Positions 28,195 to 46,535 of a DNA stretch of 64,000 nt are shown one piece after another. The notes beneath the pieces are model-generated. The model was given only the letters and a program-made list of their open reading frames with translations. It ran no database searches and was not told where the DNA came from. This DNA is from Balanoglossus misakiensis (taxonomy: Eukaryota; Animalia; Hemichordata). The DNA lies in contig CM082583.2 in NCBI GenBank assembly GCA_040954595.2, positions 9,747,656 to 9,811,655 of the forward strand. Direction: 5' to 3'. Numbering within the stretch: the stretch's first letter is position 1; the number at the start of each line of letters is the position of its first letter. The translations under genes and the position numbers were made by a program.

Positions 28195-30062
28195 ATGGCC
28201 GAAATACCTCACACGAAAGAAATGTTCGATCGCCTTACCATGGGGATTGTCCGATCCTTAGGTGAGTGTGCTACATTTTTCCACCTGGCAGAAATAGTTG
28301 GTGGTACATGTATTACAATACTTAACCCATCATTTATCACACCACAGAAAAACGACCAGGAGTAACTGACGTCAGGCTAAGAGACAGAAAACCAGCAGAA
28401 AGACATGTCGTCGTTTCGTGGGAACAGAAAAATTCATGCATGCTGCCTGATGATTTAAAGAGGTTTTATTTAACCACAGATGGAATGCTCCTTCAGTGGA
28501 ATATCAAATTTGACGGTAAGCCCTGAGAAAGTGTCATCTGGGTTTGTCATCTATCAAAAGCTAACAGTACACTTGTTTTTCAGCATCTGCTAACTTTAGA
28601 GAAAACTGATCTATTGATCCTGAATCCGTAAAACGTTTTCCCCAGTGAATTCTTATAAATCAATTTCTGGAAAACCAAATTTCTCATTTTTTTCAAGGTG
28701 ACAGTGATAACTTTTCATTTATTTCATCCACAGATCAGTCTATTCAACTAGGTCGCATGGAAATTAACTCCATAGCAAATGTCACTAAGCTGGGTGGTTC
28801 AAGCTCGTCCAGAAACACTCCATCTCTGGATGATGTAGATTACGACACAGATGAAGACAACTGTCTCACATTTGAAGGTGAGGTTTTTTTAACTGCTGGA
28901 GAACCATCATAGTCTTTGTAATACAGACCTCAACTGAGCTCCTCGGACTCTAGTCTTAAGGTGGAAGTCAATGCAGTTCCTAAAGGTGATTGATCAGTGA
29001 TTCTTTTCTCTGTCGACAGAAAAACCACATTTCGATACTCGCAGTCGCGCATTTGAATTGGACCCGTGCGAAGGCTTTGGAAAAGTCTGTCTTGTTTACA
29101 GAGACACGAAACCAGGTTAGTATAAAAGTTACACCACACACACCTATTTGTATTCGTACATTTGATGGTCACATGTTCTGACAAGTAATTACATGTACTA
29201 CCATCTTTCAGGTTCTCCAGCCCAGCATCCAGAGATCTGGTTTTTGGATCGTTCCCTCGATTGGCACTTCTTGGCCGACAACTTCACGCAGTACTATCGC
29301 TTGATGATGATGCACCTGGGACTTCCACAGTGGCAGTACACATTTACTGATATCGGCCTCAGTCCATCTGCAAAGGTACTTTTAACACCACCCTTTTTCC
29401 AACTCTCAAATGCCATTATACAGTGTTCATAAATAGTTTGATGTCCATTTAATATTTCAATATCATATTCCTTGTAGCAATGGTTCAACATGTATGCACC
29501 AATTAGACTGAACATGGATGGAGAGTTGAAAGAACAGAGATCATGCGACCTGCAGGATTACAACAGCTGTGCGTCATCATCCATCGATATGCCTGTCAAC
29601 AAACTAGATGCTGGAAAAGTTTTCAAAGGAAAATCTGACAAAAAGTAAGTGAGACATTATATAGCCGTTTTTGTGAGTTATGATATTTTGAAATTGTTTG
29701 GTGCAAGAAGTAAAATCTGTTTGTCACAAGTAAAAAGTGCTGGTGTTTGTTTCCAGGAGTAAAGCTGCTTTGGCAAAGAAGAAACCAAGTGCAACATCAA
29801 CTTCTTCAAAGTAAGACACTATTTTTCAATAATGTCTATTTTTGCTGACGTAACATTACATTTCACAAATAAAATACTCGCATTTTACTCAATACAGACT
29901 AAAATAAAAAAGATTCAATCGTCTGTGCTGGAGAGGAAGTTGACTTCAGGTGGCAGAGACTTAAAATCCTTTCGTTTTTTTCACCACAGGCCATCATCAG
30001 GTGCTGGAGGCAGTGGTCGATCAACACTCAGTCAGACGTCCACCATTGGAAAACCAAGATAG
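28195..30062 (+). CDS. TPGS2: Tubulin polyglutamylase complex subunit 2 (8 coding exons)
   Basis: Exons 28195-28261, 28348-28515, 28734-28877, 29020-29115, 29212-29375, 29478-29644, 29757-29810, 29990-30062; phase-consistent. Motifs FDRLTMGI, WEQKNSCMLPDDLKRFYLTTDG, FELDPCEGFGKVCLVY, EIWFLDRSLDWHFLADNFTQYYRLMMMHLGLPQWQY. Confidence 0.9.
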
Positions 30063-30365
30063 CATCTGCCATCATTCAAAAATGAAATCGAGGTGTTGAT
30101 GTGCAATACATGGAGATCTGTCCAGATCTCATAGCAACCCTTTTTTCCTTGACGTGTGACAGAAAACATGAAATAGTCAGCAATGCATTCCTGTGTGTTT
30201 GTGATACTGTGTTTGACTGTTTTCATGCATTATTTATATATTTCTGTAAATATACTGACCACAGGTTACTCTGTCATTTTGACAGATTTTTTTACGCCAT
30301 GACTTGTATATATGTTGATTTTTGACCCAAAACATTGGAGATTGCAATCAGAGACACGAAATTTC

Positions 30366-30383
30366 AATAAACATCCTTTTATT
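30366..30383. terminator. Facing poly(A) signals of TPGS2 (+, AATAAA 30366-30371) and PIK3C3 (-, AATAAA 30383-30378)
   Basis: aataaa-catcct-tttatt lies between the two stop codons. Confidence 0.6.
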
Positions 30384-30773
30384 TACATTAAACAAAAACT
30401 TTGTTTCACATTGCACATAGTGTAAGTTATGAATTCTGTAAGTAAATTCTGATGCAATGATGCAGAATGGACCAGCTGATATTGAGAGTGTGAAATATTT
30501 ATCATTTCTGTCCAAAGATGTGTGTGTGCTTTTGTGTGCATGAATGTGTGTTTGATAAATCTACAAAAATGTTTCCTGGGTAACAAGGTTTGCTGGGGAA
30601 GCAGCTTGTGTCAGCAGTAGTCACAGCCACGTAAGTGTAACAAATGCCATGATTGGCTAGTGTTCAACTATCATGTACATGCTCAGCCAATCTGTGGACT
30701 GCACTCTCCCAGACCCATTTGTTCTCAAAAATTAAACCTCTGTATTAAAGTCAGTGGAATGTGTTGACACTGT

Positions 30774-36717
<5,944 letters not shown>

Positions 36718-36724
36718 GTTTTAT

Positions 36725-36742
36725 CGCTATGCATTATGGGAA
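36725..36742 (-). promoter_or_regulatory. ZNF143/Staf-type binding site immediately upstream of the PIK3C3 ATG
   Basis: The minus strand reads TTCCCATAATGCATAGCG, close to the Staf/ZNF143 consensus, followed by AAAACATGGCCGCC (YY1-like) at the start codon. Confidence 0.55.
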
Positions 36743-37505
36743 TTTTAAGTTTCCCGTTGCCAAATGCGTAATTCAAGAAGCGTTTTTGTAGATTTCCTAA
36801 ATTGACATAATTATAATGAAGTTTATGGCATATATTTGATACCACTATATGAAAATGAGACACTGGAGGTCTCTTTCTTCAATATGGGGTAACATTGAAG
36901 CGAAATTTGCGTTTGAATAAGTGCTTGTTAAAAAGTCCGACAATATAAAACGTACGTGTAGTGTTGACACTTTCGCTCATTATTGCTGGTCATGAATAAA
37001 ATGTACGTGAAAATCGCCTTTGATGCAGTGCTTGAATTTGATTCAAATTATCTCATCAGTGTTAATTAAAGTACGTAAATGAAAGAGTTTACACTGGGCT
37101 GATAAGGAGAGTGAAACCTCGTTCAATAGTGGGACTGAAAGTCGAAAGGGATGCTGCCTTGTTTAAGGTGAGCTGTTGACACCCTCATTATAATATGTAT
37201 AGGTGGCATTATTAGTCATCGAGCACAATAGCGGTAGGTTAGTTCTATACCCGAGACGGTTGGTTGGTCACGGCAGAGCAGACTACCAACGACTGGAGTA
37301 GCAACCAAATTGTGGGTGTCCCCGATATTGAACTTGGGCACGTGTCGAGGCGAAACTCTGTGATTTCTAGAAAACACTCATGACGCGGTGGGAAGTCGAG
37401 GGTACTCAAGAGCTATAGGTCGCTGCACATTTACAAACCTTGTATGGACCAATTTTTTAATACTGAATTGGAGCGTTTACATTTGCGTTGTGGAAGCCGG
37501 CAAAC

Positions 37506-40500
37506 ATGGCAGATACAGGGAGTGGCAGTGACATCATGAACATCCCACCCTCCCCGGGCCTGGAGAGACAATCGGCAAGGGCACCGGTCGAGAAAAAAAT
37601 ATCGGCCAAGTCCAGTAATGGTCCACAGACAGGCAGTGTGGTAAGTTTCAATTGGGTAATTTTAAATTGCTGTAACGTAATAGTTCGTTGCGTCAAACAC
37701 TGAACACGCCGACATGTTTAAGTCGCAAACACCCAATCTTAAATACTGGTAGAAATTGAGAATATAATATCACACCAGTCAGCCATACACAGTTATACTA
37801 TAAAGCTATTTCCGAATTTAAAAAAGCTAAAAGACCGAAACAAAAAAGGTGTATGGTTGTAAAGGTTTGCTAAATGTCCCCAATCGATAAAAAGGTCAAC
37901 TGACAAAGAGAGGAGAAGAGAATGGACTTAAAAAGTGTGTGCGACCTCTAAAAGTAAAAGTGGGTGACGTAGAGATGTACACACAAATTTAATGTGTGTG
38001 TTTCCTTTGTGTAGACGTGGGTTTGTACGGCATAGTAGCGAGTTAATTACGCGTGGAGGCTGCCATGTTGAAAACAAAAACAGGATGGTGAAAGAGAAAG
38101 CCCTTCGGCAGAGACGTGTATGACCTGGCTATGCTGTCGCACACACGGTGATACATGTACAAACGTTGTAGAAACCTCCCCACTCCCGCGTTCTACACCT
38201 ATATCTAAAATAATTAGTACACTATAAAGTGGAAGGAATTATAGAACTCCACTGCTTATTCGACAATTCATAACTTTGCAATTATATAATGTCTAATTAC
38301 AAATTACAGTTACGGGTTGCTGGTGTTTCAGAGGCGACTACCGAAACAATGTAGAAAATGCCAGTGACTGGGGGCATTTGTCCTAGCCTCGCCAAATATG
38401 CCCCGCACTGTCCAGGATCAGGACCCTTTGGTGTGGGCATGGTACATGGGTGTGTAATGTCAAAAGTCGACTGGAAACTATTTGTTCATGTATACACACA
38501 GTACCCTCATCCTTCTCTTCGTCATATACAATGTGATTTATTTTTCGAAGAGGGATGGAAGCTGTGAGGTGTAAAACTACAGTCAGGCAGTAAAACTGAC
38601 GTTGTTTAGTTGACTAATATATTTTAAGGTTTAAACATTTGGAATTACATGTATGGCAAAACAAGATGGAGAGACTGATTCTATAAGTAAACAGCCAGAC
38701 TGAACAGGAAGGTGGTGCATTACGCGTGTAGATTTCGGATAGGATGTAAATTATCTGCTCATTCCAGACGAAATTTAATCAAACCTTCATGGGCGACTCT
38801 TCACGTCACCTTTGTGATGGCGAAGAGTAATTTCGCGTTCGGAAAATATGGCGCATTTGATTCTATGAATAGATCTTTGATACGAGAGTATCATACTCAA
38901 CGAGCAAAGTTCGTGCACTGAACGAGTTTAGTGAACTGAACATCAACAATGGCGCGGCGAATCTATTCAAGGCTATAAAGCTTTCAAATGTGAATAGATT
39001 GTAAAATATTTTATTTCTTATTTTGGTTTTTGAATAGGATATTGAGTAAGACTGCATACCTGGCTAGTACGGCCTCTTTTGGCGTTTCATTGACGACTCA
39101 CACAATACTGATTGTCTCGCCACATCTGCAAGATGACGTCATTGTATTTGAATCGGTAAAAACAGCGCTGGCTACACCCAAGCAGCCAGTACCGGTTGTA
39201 TTAAATATTTTACATTTAATGGCAATTTAGCGAATTTCCGCCTCTATTATGGCCTTTCCCGGACGTGAAGGTGTAAAAGAATGTTTGATAAACGGAAAGG
39301 AAATGCAAAACGTCCCGCACGTGTAGGAAACGTTCGACGTGAGATGAAATAATATTTGAAATTTGGCATATTCATGCGCGTATACGCGACTTCCATTATT
39401 GATCTCATTTTGTCGCTGGAGTAATAGTACTGGTATGCCTTTGGCCTTCGGCAACGCAATTATGCCGAACTCATCACCATGACGGTCACGTATACAAAAG
39501 ACGTCCATCTGAATAAATAGGAACGGTTCAGGGATATGTAATTGGAGACAACAAGGTCCAATGTTCCGACATAGGTTCAGGGTTAGAGCAGTATTTTGTT
39601 GGTTGCGGGCAGGTACGACAAATTCCGGCCTGAGAGAATATTTCCGAAGTCATCTTTGACATATTCAAATACATGCTGCCGCTTTCATTTGTGACATATG
39701 ATAGATAATATACTAGTACTCTCCACTGTTTTATTAACATGCGTGCGTTTGGCCCAAATGATGGCGGGAGGTACGATGTCGGAATATATCGAATGGATCT
39801 CGAGCAGATATGGCGCACGTATTTCTTTTGATCAGTTTCCAACACACACTCGTATTGTAACTCTGACTGGTTTGAGGTGTGTCTTTTCGCACACGGCGTA
39901 TGTCCTTATGTGTCCATTTGGCGTTTATCCTCTACGCAAGGTTGATTAAAGAAAGGGCCACTTAGGGTGCGCTTTGTGATGCCAGTGACAAGCGAATTCC
40001 TCTTCATGTCTATCAAAGGAAGATTGTCGGAAGTCCTACACGGGTCACTGACTTATCCATACATTATTGGCTTAATTGATATCCAACCAAAGGCATGAAC
40101 TGTACAGGTAGTTTTTTGTTGCTTCTGAATGGGTTGGGCCTGACCCAGGACAGGCCTTCTTTGTTACCATGGATGGCTGGCTGCTTTTCTAGAAAAGCGT
40201 CTCTCTCTCTTTCCGTGTCTCTCTGTCATCTCCCTATCTCTCAAAAACAAGTGCGGAAAGATACAGAATGAAGCAACCACCTGTTGCATCATCAGGCAAT
40301 CAATATTGTATGAGCATATGCATTTAGAAGTTTTTATAATAATAAATTAATCATCTTTTTCCACAGCGAATGAAACTGAAGAAAATGGACGAATATGAGG
40401 CAAAAGACGCCCACATGAGCGCCGTCTTCGGCGTCGCACCTCGGGAAGTGAAAAACACTCTCAAGGTTAACCCACTTTACGACCAGTACGGCCAGGGAGT

Positions 40501-41411
40501 CATCGAGGTTTCCGAGACGGACGCTCAAACGGCCAAAGCGCCCAACATGAGAGGATCTAGAGGTTCAAGCGGGGACAAGTCAAACAGGTTCTCCAGATCC
40601 GATCCAGACGAAGGGGAAACAAAAATAGCATACGGAAGTAACTTCATGTTGGGGAGGGGCAAAGAGACAGAAAATGGTAGCGTGAAGAATGCAACCGAAA
40701 GCAGAAACAAACAACTGGTGAGTTGTGCATTCAGAGTTATGCAAGCCTGCAAATGATATGGGTAAAAGTACGTCCTGGTCGTTAGTGCAAACACAAAAAT
40801 GTCAAACTCAATGGATAAGAGTTGAGAGTATTTCGTAGGTCACTGAGGTCCTGTATTGTATCACAAGTAATGCGTCCCCAGTAGCATGCCTACTAGAATG
40901 TTGAAAGAGGGCTCTTCAAACAAGAAGTACTTAATTTGCGACGACCATTGTGTTCGAAAACTTTCGTTTGACTGATTTTCTTTTCTTGCAGACGACACAG
41001 GGTAGGGTTATGCCATCAAGAATTACGAGGGTAAGCAAAACGATACATGTATTAAGAGTTTTCTTCATATTTCGCCAAGATTGACAACTGTAATAAACAG
41101 TATTTCCAATGTTGGAAGTTGCTTTTTTGGAAGATTTGAAAGTTCTTTGATAATGGCTACCAGGACAAAAATAGATATTTGTAAATGCCAGAAGTGTTTA
41201 AATGTAATCGAATTCTCATTTTCAGAGCTCAAAACAAGGTAACCAAGCAAACCCACCAAGAAGTTCTTACAAAGATCCAGAGTCGCCTCCCCCTGAAAGG
41301 TCAAAGGTCAGAAGATGGCGTCTCATCATGCTGCTGATACTTATAGTTCTTATCTTAGCTCTGGCCCTGGTGTTGGCCATCTATTTCCTCACACGGGACA
41401 ATGCACGGTGA
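37506..41411 (+). CDS. Uncharacterised 236-aa tail-anchored membrane protein (4 exons)
   Basis: Exons 37506-37640, 40367-40717, 40992-41030, 41226-41411; all junctions phase 0 with canonical gtaagt/gtgagt/gtaagc donors and ccacag/ttgcag/tttcag acceptors. ATG context aacATGG. Ends VRRWRLIMLLILIVLILALALVLAIYFLTRDNAR*. Confidence 0.75.
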
Positions 41412-42550
41412 TACTGTTTGTAACCGAACATTTATGACAAGATTTTCGGATGCTTCTGGACATTTTGGCCGGGGGAAAGTTGACAAGAAACCAAAATTTA
41501 CTTTTATAACAAAAAAGTTGATATATCGAGGGTAAATTTTTCAGTACTGTTATGTACATTATTTATCATATATCGTACGCTAGTGTTCACGAATGAATTT
41601 ATAAACATATTGTTCGTTTTTAATCGTTTTTGTATTAATTAAAAGAAAAATAAATACAATCCAAATCATCACAGATTTGGTACTTTGGGTTGGATTCTGA
41701 TTGTACAAAAATGGTTATATGGCATGTTATTAACTGATTTTTAATATATTTTATTACATTGGAGATTTTTTTAAAGTAGAAAAGTCGCAACCAAATGCTG
41801 CATTTAAAAAAGACATGCAGTGAAACTCATTTCACTAAGACACCAAAGGAAGTAAGGTTGACAAAGAATATAAATTTTATCAGGATGGGCTTGTTTACAA
41901 AGAAACAAAAAGGGGGAGTTTTGAGAGCTAACTGATTTGCTGTCTGTGTTTTGTATTGTTTTTTTGAAGCTCACATATAATCACCCATAATTGGACTCTG
42001 TGTTTTTTGTATGAATTTTTTTTTTTGCAATTGAATGTTAACCAAATGTCAAACCTATCAGTACCAAAAAAGAAGTTGAAAGATGGAGTTCATGTAAGAA
42101 AACTTATAACATTTTTTGTAGTAGCATGATTTGTTTTGAATTGGCGATCAATGTAACTCATTATTACCATTATCATTATTATTTAATGTATGGTGTTGGA
42201 AATATTTTCTGAGAAAGGAATTTAGCGATATAAAGGCATATAGTGTAGGCACAATCTCTCACTGCCTTCTAGAAAGATTTTACTCCCCACAAAATAAAAG
42301 ATGATGCACTGGTATGCGATGTACAGTGGTACTTCATTTTGGTGGTACATACTTTATATACTGGTGGTATTCTGAGGTAGTTAACATGAGTGGTATAACA
42401 CTGGCGGCACTTTCCAGTGGTTTTAGTTCTGTTTCTCAAAAACCTCACTTCTCTTGTGCCAAATACACACATAGCTTGTTTAACTGTATTTTGTATACCG
42501 TAATTATGATTGATTGCAAAATATGAACTGTAGCAAGATAAATTATGAGA

Positions 42551-42593
42551 AATAAAGTTGTTTTTCTATGAAATTGACAACTGCATGTTTATT
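42551..42593. terminator. Facing poly(A) signals of the orphan gene (+, 42551-42556) and MTHFS (-, 42593-42588)
   Basis: aataaa on + and tttatt 31 nt later, ~60 nt past the MTHFS stop codon. Confidence 0.5.
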
Positions 42594-42652
42594 TACGACA
42601 CACAGCACTCCGTGTGGATATATAAACCCAATAGGTGTGTGGTGTGTACAAA

Positions 42653-43644
42653 TCACTCTGAGGGAATGACAGCCCAAAGAACTTCATCCATCTTGACATC
42701 GTACTCTGACGTTGGAATCTCATCACAGATCTGTTCGTTATACGCCAGGGCTATTGTGTATGGCTTAACTCCTGTGGATTCTGTGCATCGTCTCTGATAG
42801 TTGTCATAGTAACCCTTGCCACGCCCTAGGCGATCTCCACTTTTGGAGAATCCGAGTCCAGGCACAATGATCAGATCGAGGCCCCCTTTAAGTTAAAACA
42901 CAAGAGAGAGAAAAGACAATATCATTATGTCACACATAACAGACAATAAACAGATGTTCATGAGATGAGGAAAAGATGATTCAATTAAATTCAAATACTA
43001 TATACCCTAAACAGGTGGTATACATATGGACTGTATGTTGAATGGTGATGACTGATACCATTACCTGTCGACAAAGCCTCCTCTCTCAGATCGTTCTCTG
43101 CAGGCTGCTTGATATTCCATTTTGTCTTCGGCAAGGAATCGTAATCTTCCATGGAGTGAAGTCGTAACATGTCCATTTTGTCGCCAATATATTGTGGAAT
43201 GAAGCAGGCCCTGTTGGTTTCAAGAATGTGTCCCAGTATACCCATAGTGTGGACTTCCTCTGGCATAGATAAATACACACTGATGCGTTGACTTCGCTTA
43301 TACACGGGATGATCAATCAACTGAAAGAGGGCAGTCAAGAAAAAAAGAACTTAGTTAGAGATCAATATCGGCTCAATTCTTCATAGGTATGTGCCATCAT
43401 CAAAGTGCTCTTGTTGTCATGGATATGGGGATGTCGAGTGTTGATGACTTCCGCGTTCATGGCACGCAGCCTGCAGATACGAACACAGTGATCATCACCA
43501 CTGCTGGCACTACACTGCATGACATTTCCCTACCCTCTGTGTTATCACGTCTGACTGCCTTGATCGTTCCAGCCCTGTCATAGCAGCCAGCCTGCTCTTC
43601 AATTCCCGACGAAGCGCTTGTTTCATCTGCTTCAGGGCGGCCAT
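42653..43644 (-). CDS. MTHFS: 5-formyltetrahydrofolate cyclo-ligase (methenyltetrahydrofolate synthetase), 3 exons
   Basis: Exons 43644-43534, 43320-43065, 42885-42653. Motifs [64 protein letters not shown]. Confidence 0.95.
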
Positions 43645-43952
43645 GATTTCATTTCAGATGAAGAATTGAAATCAGCTGACAGTGGCAGAGGGCGCCCCAA
43701 TATCCAACTCCAGCAGAGCCCCGCCCCTCCACGTGCAGACTGAGGTTCCCTATGTAAGCATAAACCACAGTTGACCCGCCCTTGATCAACTTTGGTCAGT
43801 CCAAAGTTTAACAGACAGTCAACACCGGCCCAGACAAGAAATTCTCTATATTCTGACCAGCGTTTCCGAACTGATCTTCTCTGTATCTGTTGCGCACTCG
43901 TCACTTCTTCAAATCATTGGGTCGTAAAATCTTCGATTTTCTTTTGCTTAAT
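43645..43952. promoter_or_regulatory. Bidirectional promoter region MTHFS/epoxide hydrolase
   Basis: 308 bp between divergent ATGs; CCAAT (~43697) and GC boxes (ccccgcccc ~43719, cccgccc ~43775). Confidence 0.7.
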
Positions 43953-46535
43953 ATGGCCAAGACTATTCAGCCCTACGGATTCTTTTTTGTCGTTTGTTTC
44001 TCTCTCTTTCTTGGATTCATGGTTTCTCTGAGAATCTTGTGGGCCATTGTTCGACATCCAATCCGGACTTTGACGGTCAAACGGCGAGACGTTCCCCCAG
44101 TATGTTTGCAAGACGAGAGTCTCGGCAGCCATGCCTACCTCAGAACTAAGGTATGCTTTAACTCGCGCAATCCATCATGTATGCAACTTAACTTGTTTGG
44201 AGTTGACAAACAAAACAGGGGCAAAGTCTCTCACGTTTGACACAAATTATATTAGTTGGTAGTTCAATTTCTTTTGCGTTGGTTATTGGTAGCCCCATGC
44301 ACTAGTAGTTCTCACAATTACAATCAAAACCCGATCAAATTAGAAACATATATAAGCTTATGCATATTGAAATAAGACTTTTGCATCATACATTAGACCT
44401 CCACGACTTTGTAAAATGGTCGGTATTAGCCCACATTGCGTAACAAAGGACACAGCACGGGTACGTTGCATTCAGTAGGTGCATAAATGGACTGTTTTAT
44501 GGCCACAAATTGTCCCATTGGATTTTTATAAACCGAACGGCAATCATCTGTGATTAACAATGATATCGCCTCAAAATCAGAAGTAGAGATATTGGTTCCA
44601 CGTTAATATCTTCTTGTCCGTGTCTGCTGTGATGTCGCTAGAGGCGGCAGCAACAGAACTACAGGTGGTTATCACTGCCAGACTTCAGTGTGAATCGATT
44701 AGACTATTTCTTATTATTGAGTGATAATCGTTATGTGTATGCTGGGCTTGTCTCGCCAACTACATTGCTTTTTTAATATTCTCTCTGCATAATGCCATAT
44801 ATTTTTGCAGAGTTTGAAACTCCACTACGTTGCTAAGGGTGACAGAAGTAAACCACTGATGCTTCTTCTACATGGCTTCCCTGAATTCTGGTATTCCTGG
44901 CGACACCAGCTGCGCGAGTTTTCCAAAGAATACAGGTAAGCCAAAACGTGCAATTCATGTCTTGAGAATTTATAGCAAGACATTTGACAACGGTATACAA
45001 CACTTCACTTACATTATACTAGATTATGCCAACATGCATATACACGGACGTTCCTATAGGCATGTGAATTTTCGATATTATTCCCAAAGGTATTCTTGAG
45101 GCACAAGTATAGAATACGCCCATTTCTCTGCATGCGTAATGATCCCCTTCCAATGTCGTCATCTTGCAGGGTGGTTGCCGTCGACATGAGGGGATATGGT
45201 GACTCGGATAAACCTGCAGGAATAGAGGCTTACTCCATGGAACATCTGCTAAGTATGTGCAAATCCACACATTTTCAGTTGTTGTTACTCTCAACATTCA
45301 CCGATCATCAACGTTACCCTTTCTCACGTAGAATCAAAGTCAGCTGGTGATGGTTATTTTGTCAGAAGTCGACGCACATTGAATAAAGCACTGAGTCGAA
45401 TATTAATTCAATTTCAGGCGACGTGCATGATGCGATACAAGCCCTGGGGTACAGCTCCTGCGTGTTAGTGGCACACGACTGGGGTGGTCTCGTGGCATGG
45501 CAGTTTGCGATGGACCATCCAGATCTGGTTGACAAGCTGATCATAATGAACGTACCGCCTTTACAACGGTATAACGATCTCGTGCAGACAAGTTGGAAGC
45601 AGACAATGATGTCCGGGTATGATACTGTTTCCTGCAGAGAAAACTCTACCCAAAAGAGTCTTAATTTTTTTTTATCAGACTGAGCTTTTAGTTGACCGAG
45701 GCCAAAATGAATCGGTTGCTGTAAAGTCAAGTCACAAATAACGATACTATACCCAATTTGACCCTTTCAGGTATATCTTCTTCTTCCAACTACCATACCT
45801 GCCTGAATTTCAATACTGGCTTTCAGACTATGCAAGGATAGTGCAGAGCTTGTGTAAGCCACCATTTGGGGTAAAAACAAAAGGCGCCATGACTGACGAA
45901 GACGTCGAGGCTTTTAAGTACGCCGCCAGCAGGAAAGGTTTGGAAACAATTGTTCCTTTCTATCCCTTGTTTACTATTAACATCTTAATTATTTCTTTGA
46001 ACCTTCTGTATAATACAAGTTTTATCAACCCATGTCGTCGAGAAACAAATGCTGTAACTTCTTTTTTCAACAAGAGAGCAACTGTTATTCATTCTTTTAC
46101 GTCGGAATGTACAAATAGCAATTTTGGCAAAAATCACAGTTTTTCATGCAACACCTCCTTAACGTGTAGAACACAGTGTCCATTTAAGCCTCGTGGTTAT
46201 TTTACATCCCGAGTCCGAGATTGAAGAGCATAAAATTTAACCTGGAAAATCTATCGGTGATTTACTCATCAGGGGCAACAACAGCGACCACTAATTACTA
46301 CAGGGCGTTGATACGGTATCCCCCAGAACAGAAATCCGAGACCCAAGTCGTCGCATCACCAACGCTGGTAATTTGGGGCGAAGAAGACGCAGCTCTGGCC
46401 ATTGAACTGACCGAAGGGTTGGAGAAATACGGCCAAGACATAACTGTGAAGCGGGTCCCAAACGCCAGTCACTGGGTGCAACAAGACAAACCAGAAGAGG
46501 TCCACCAACTCATGTGGGAGTTTTTAAAGGGCTAG
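43953..46535 (+). CDS. EPHX4: Epoxide hydrolase 3/4-like alpha/beta hydrolase (6 exons)
   Basis: Exons 43953-44150, 44811-44935, 45170-45252, 45418-45616, 45771-45937, 46273-46535. N-terminal hydrophobic anchor, [26 protein letters not shown], nucleophile AHDWGG, NYYRA, WGEED, catalytic SHWVQQD. Confidence 0.9.

Noticed and set aside
29832-29989. Open frame running upstream into the last TPGS2 exon
   Set aside because: Best explained as intron 7; the 29810/29990 junction is phase-consistent.
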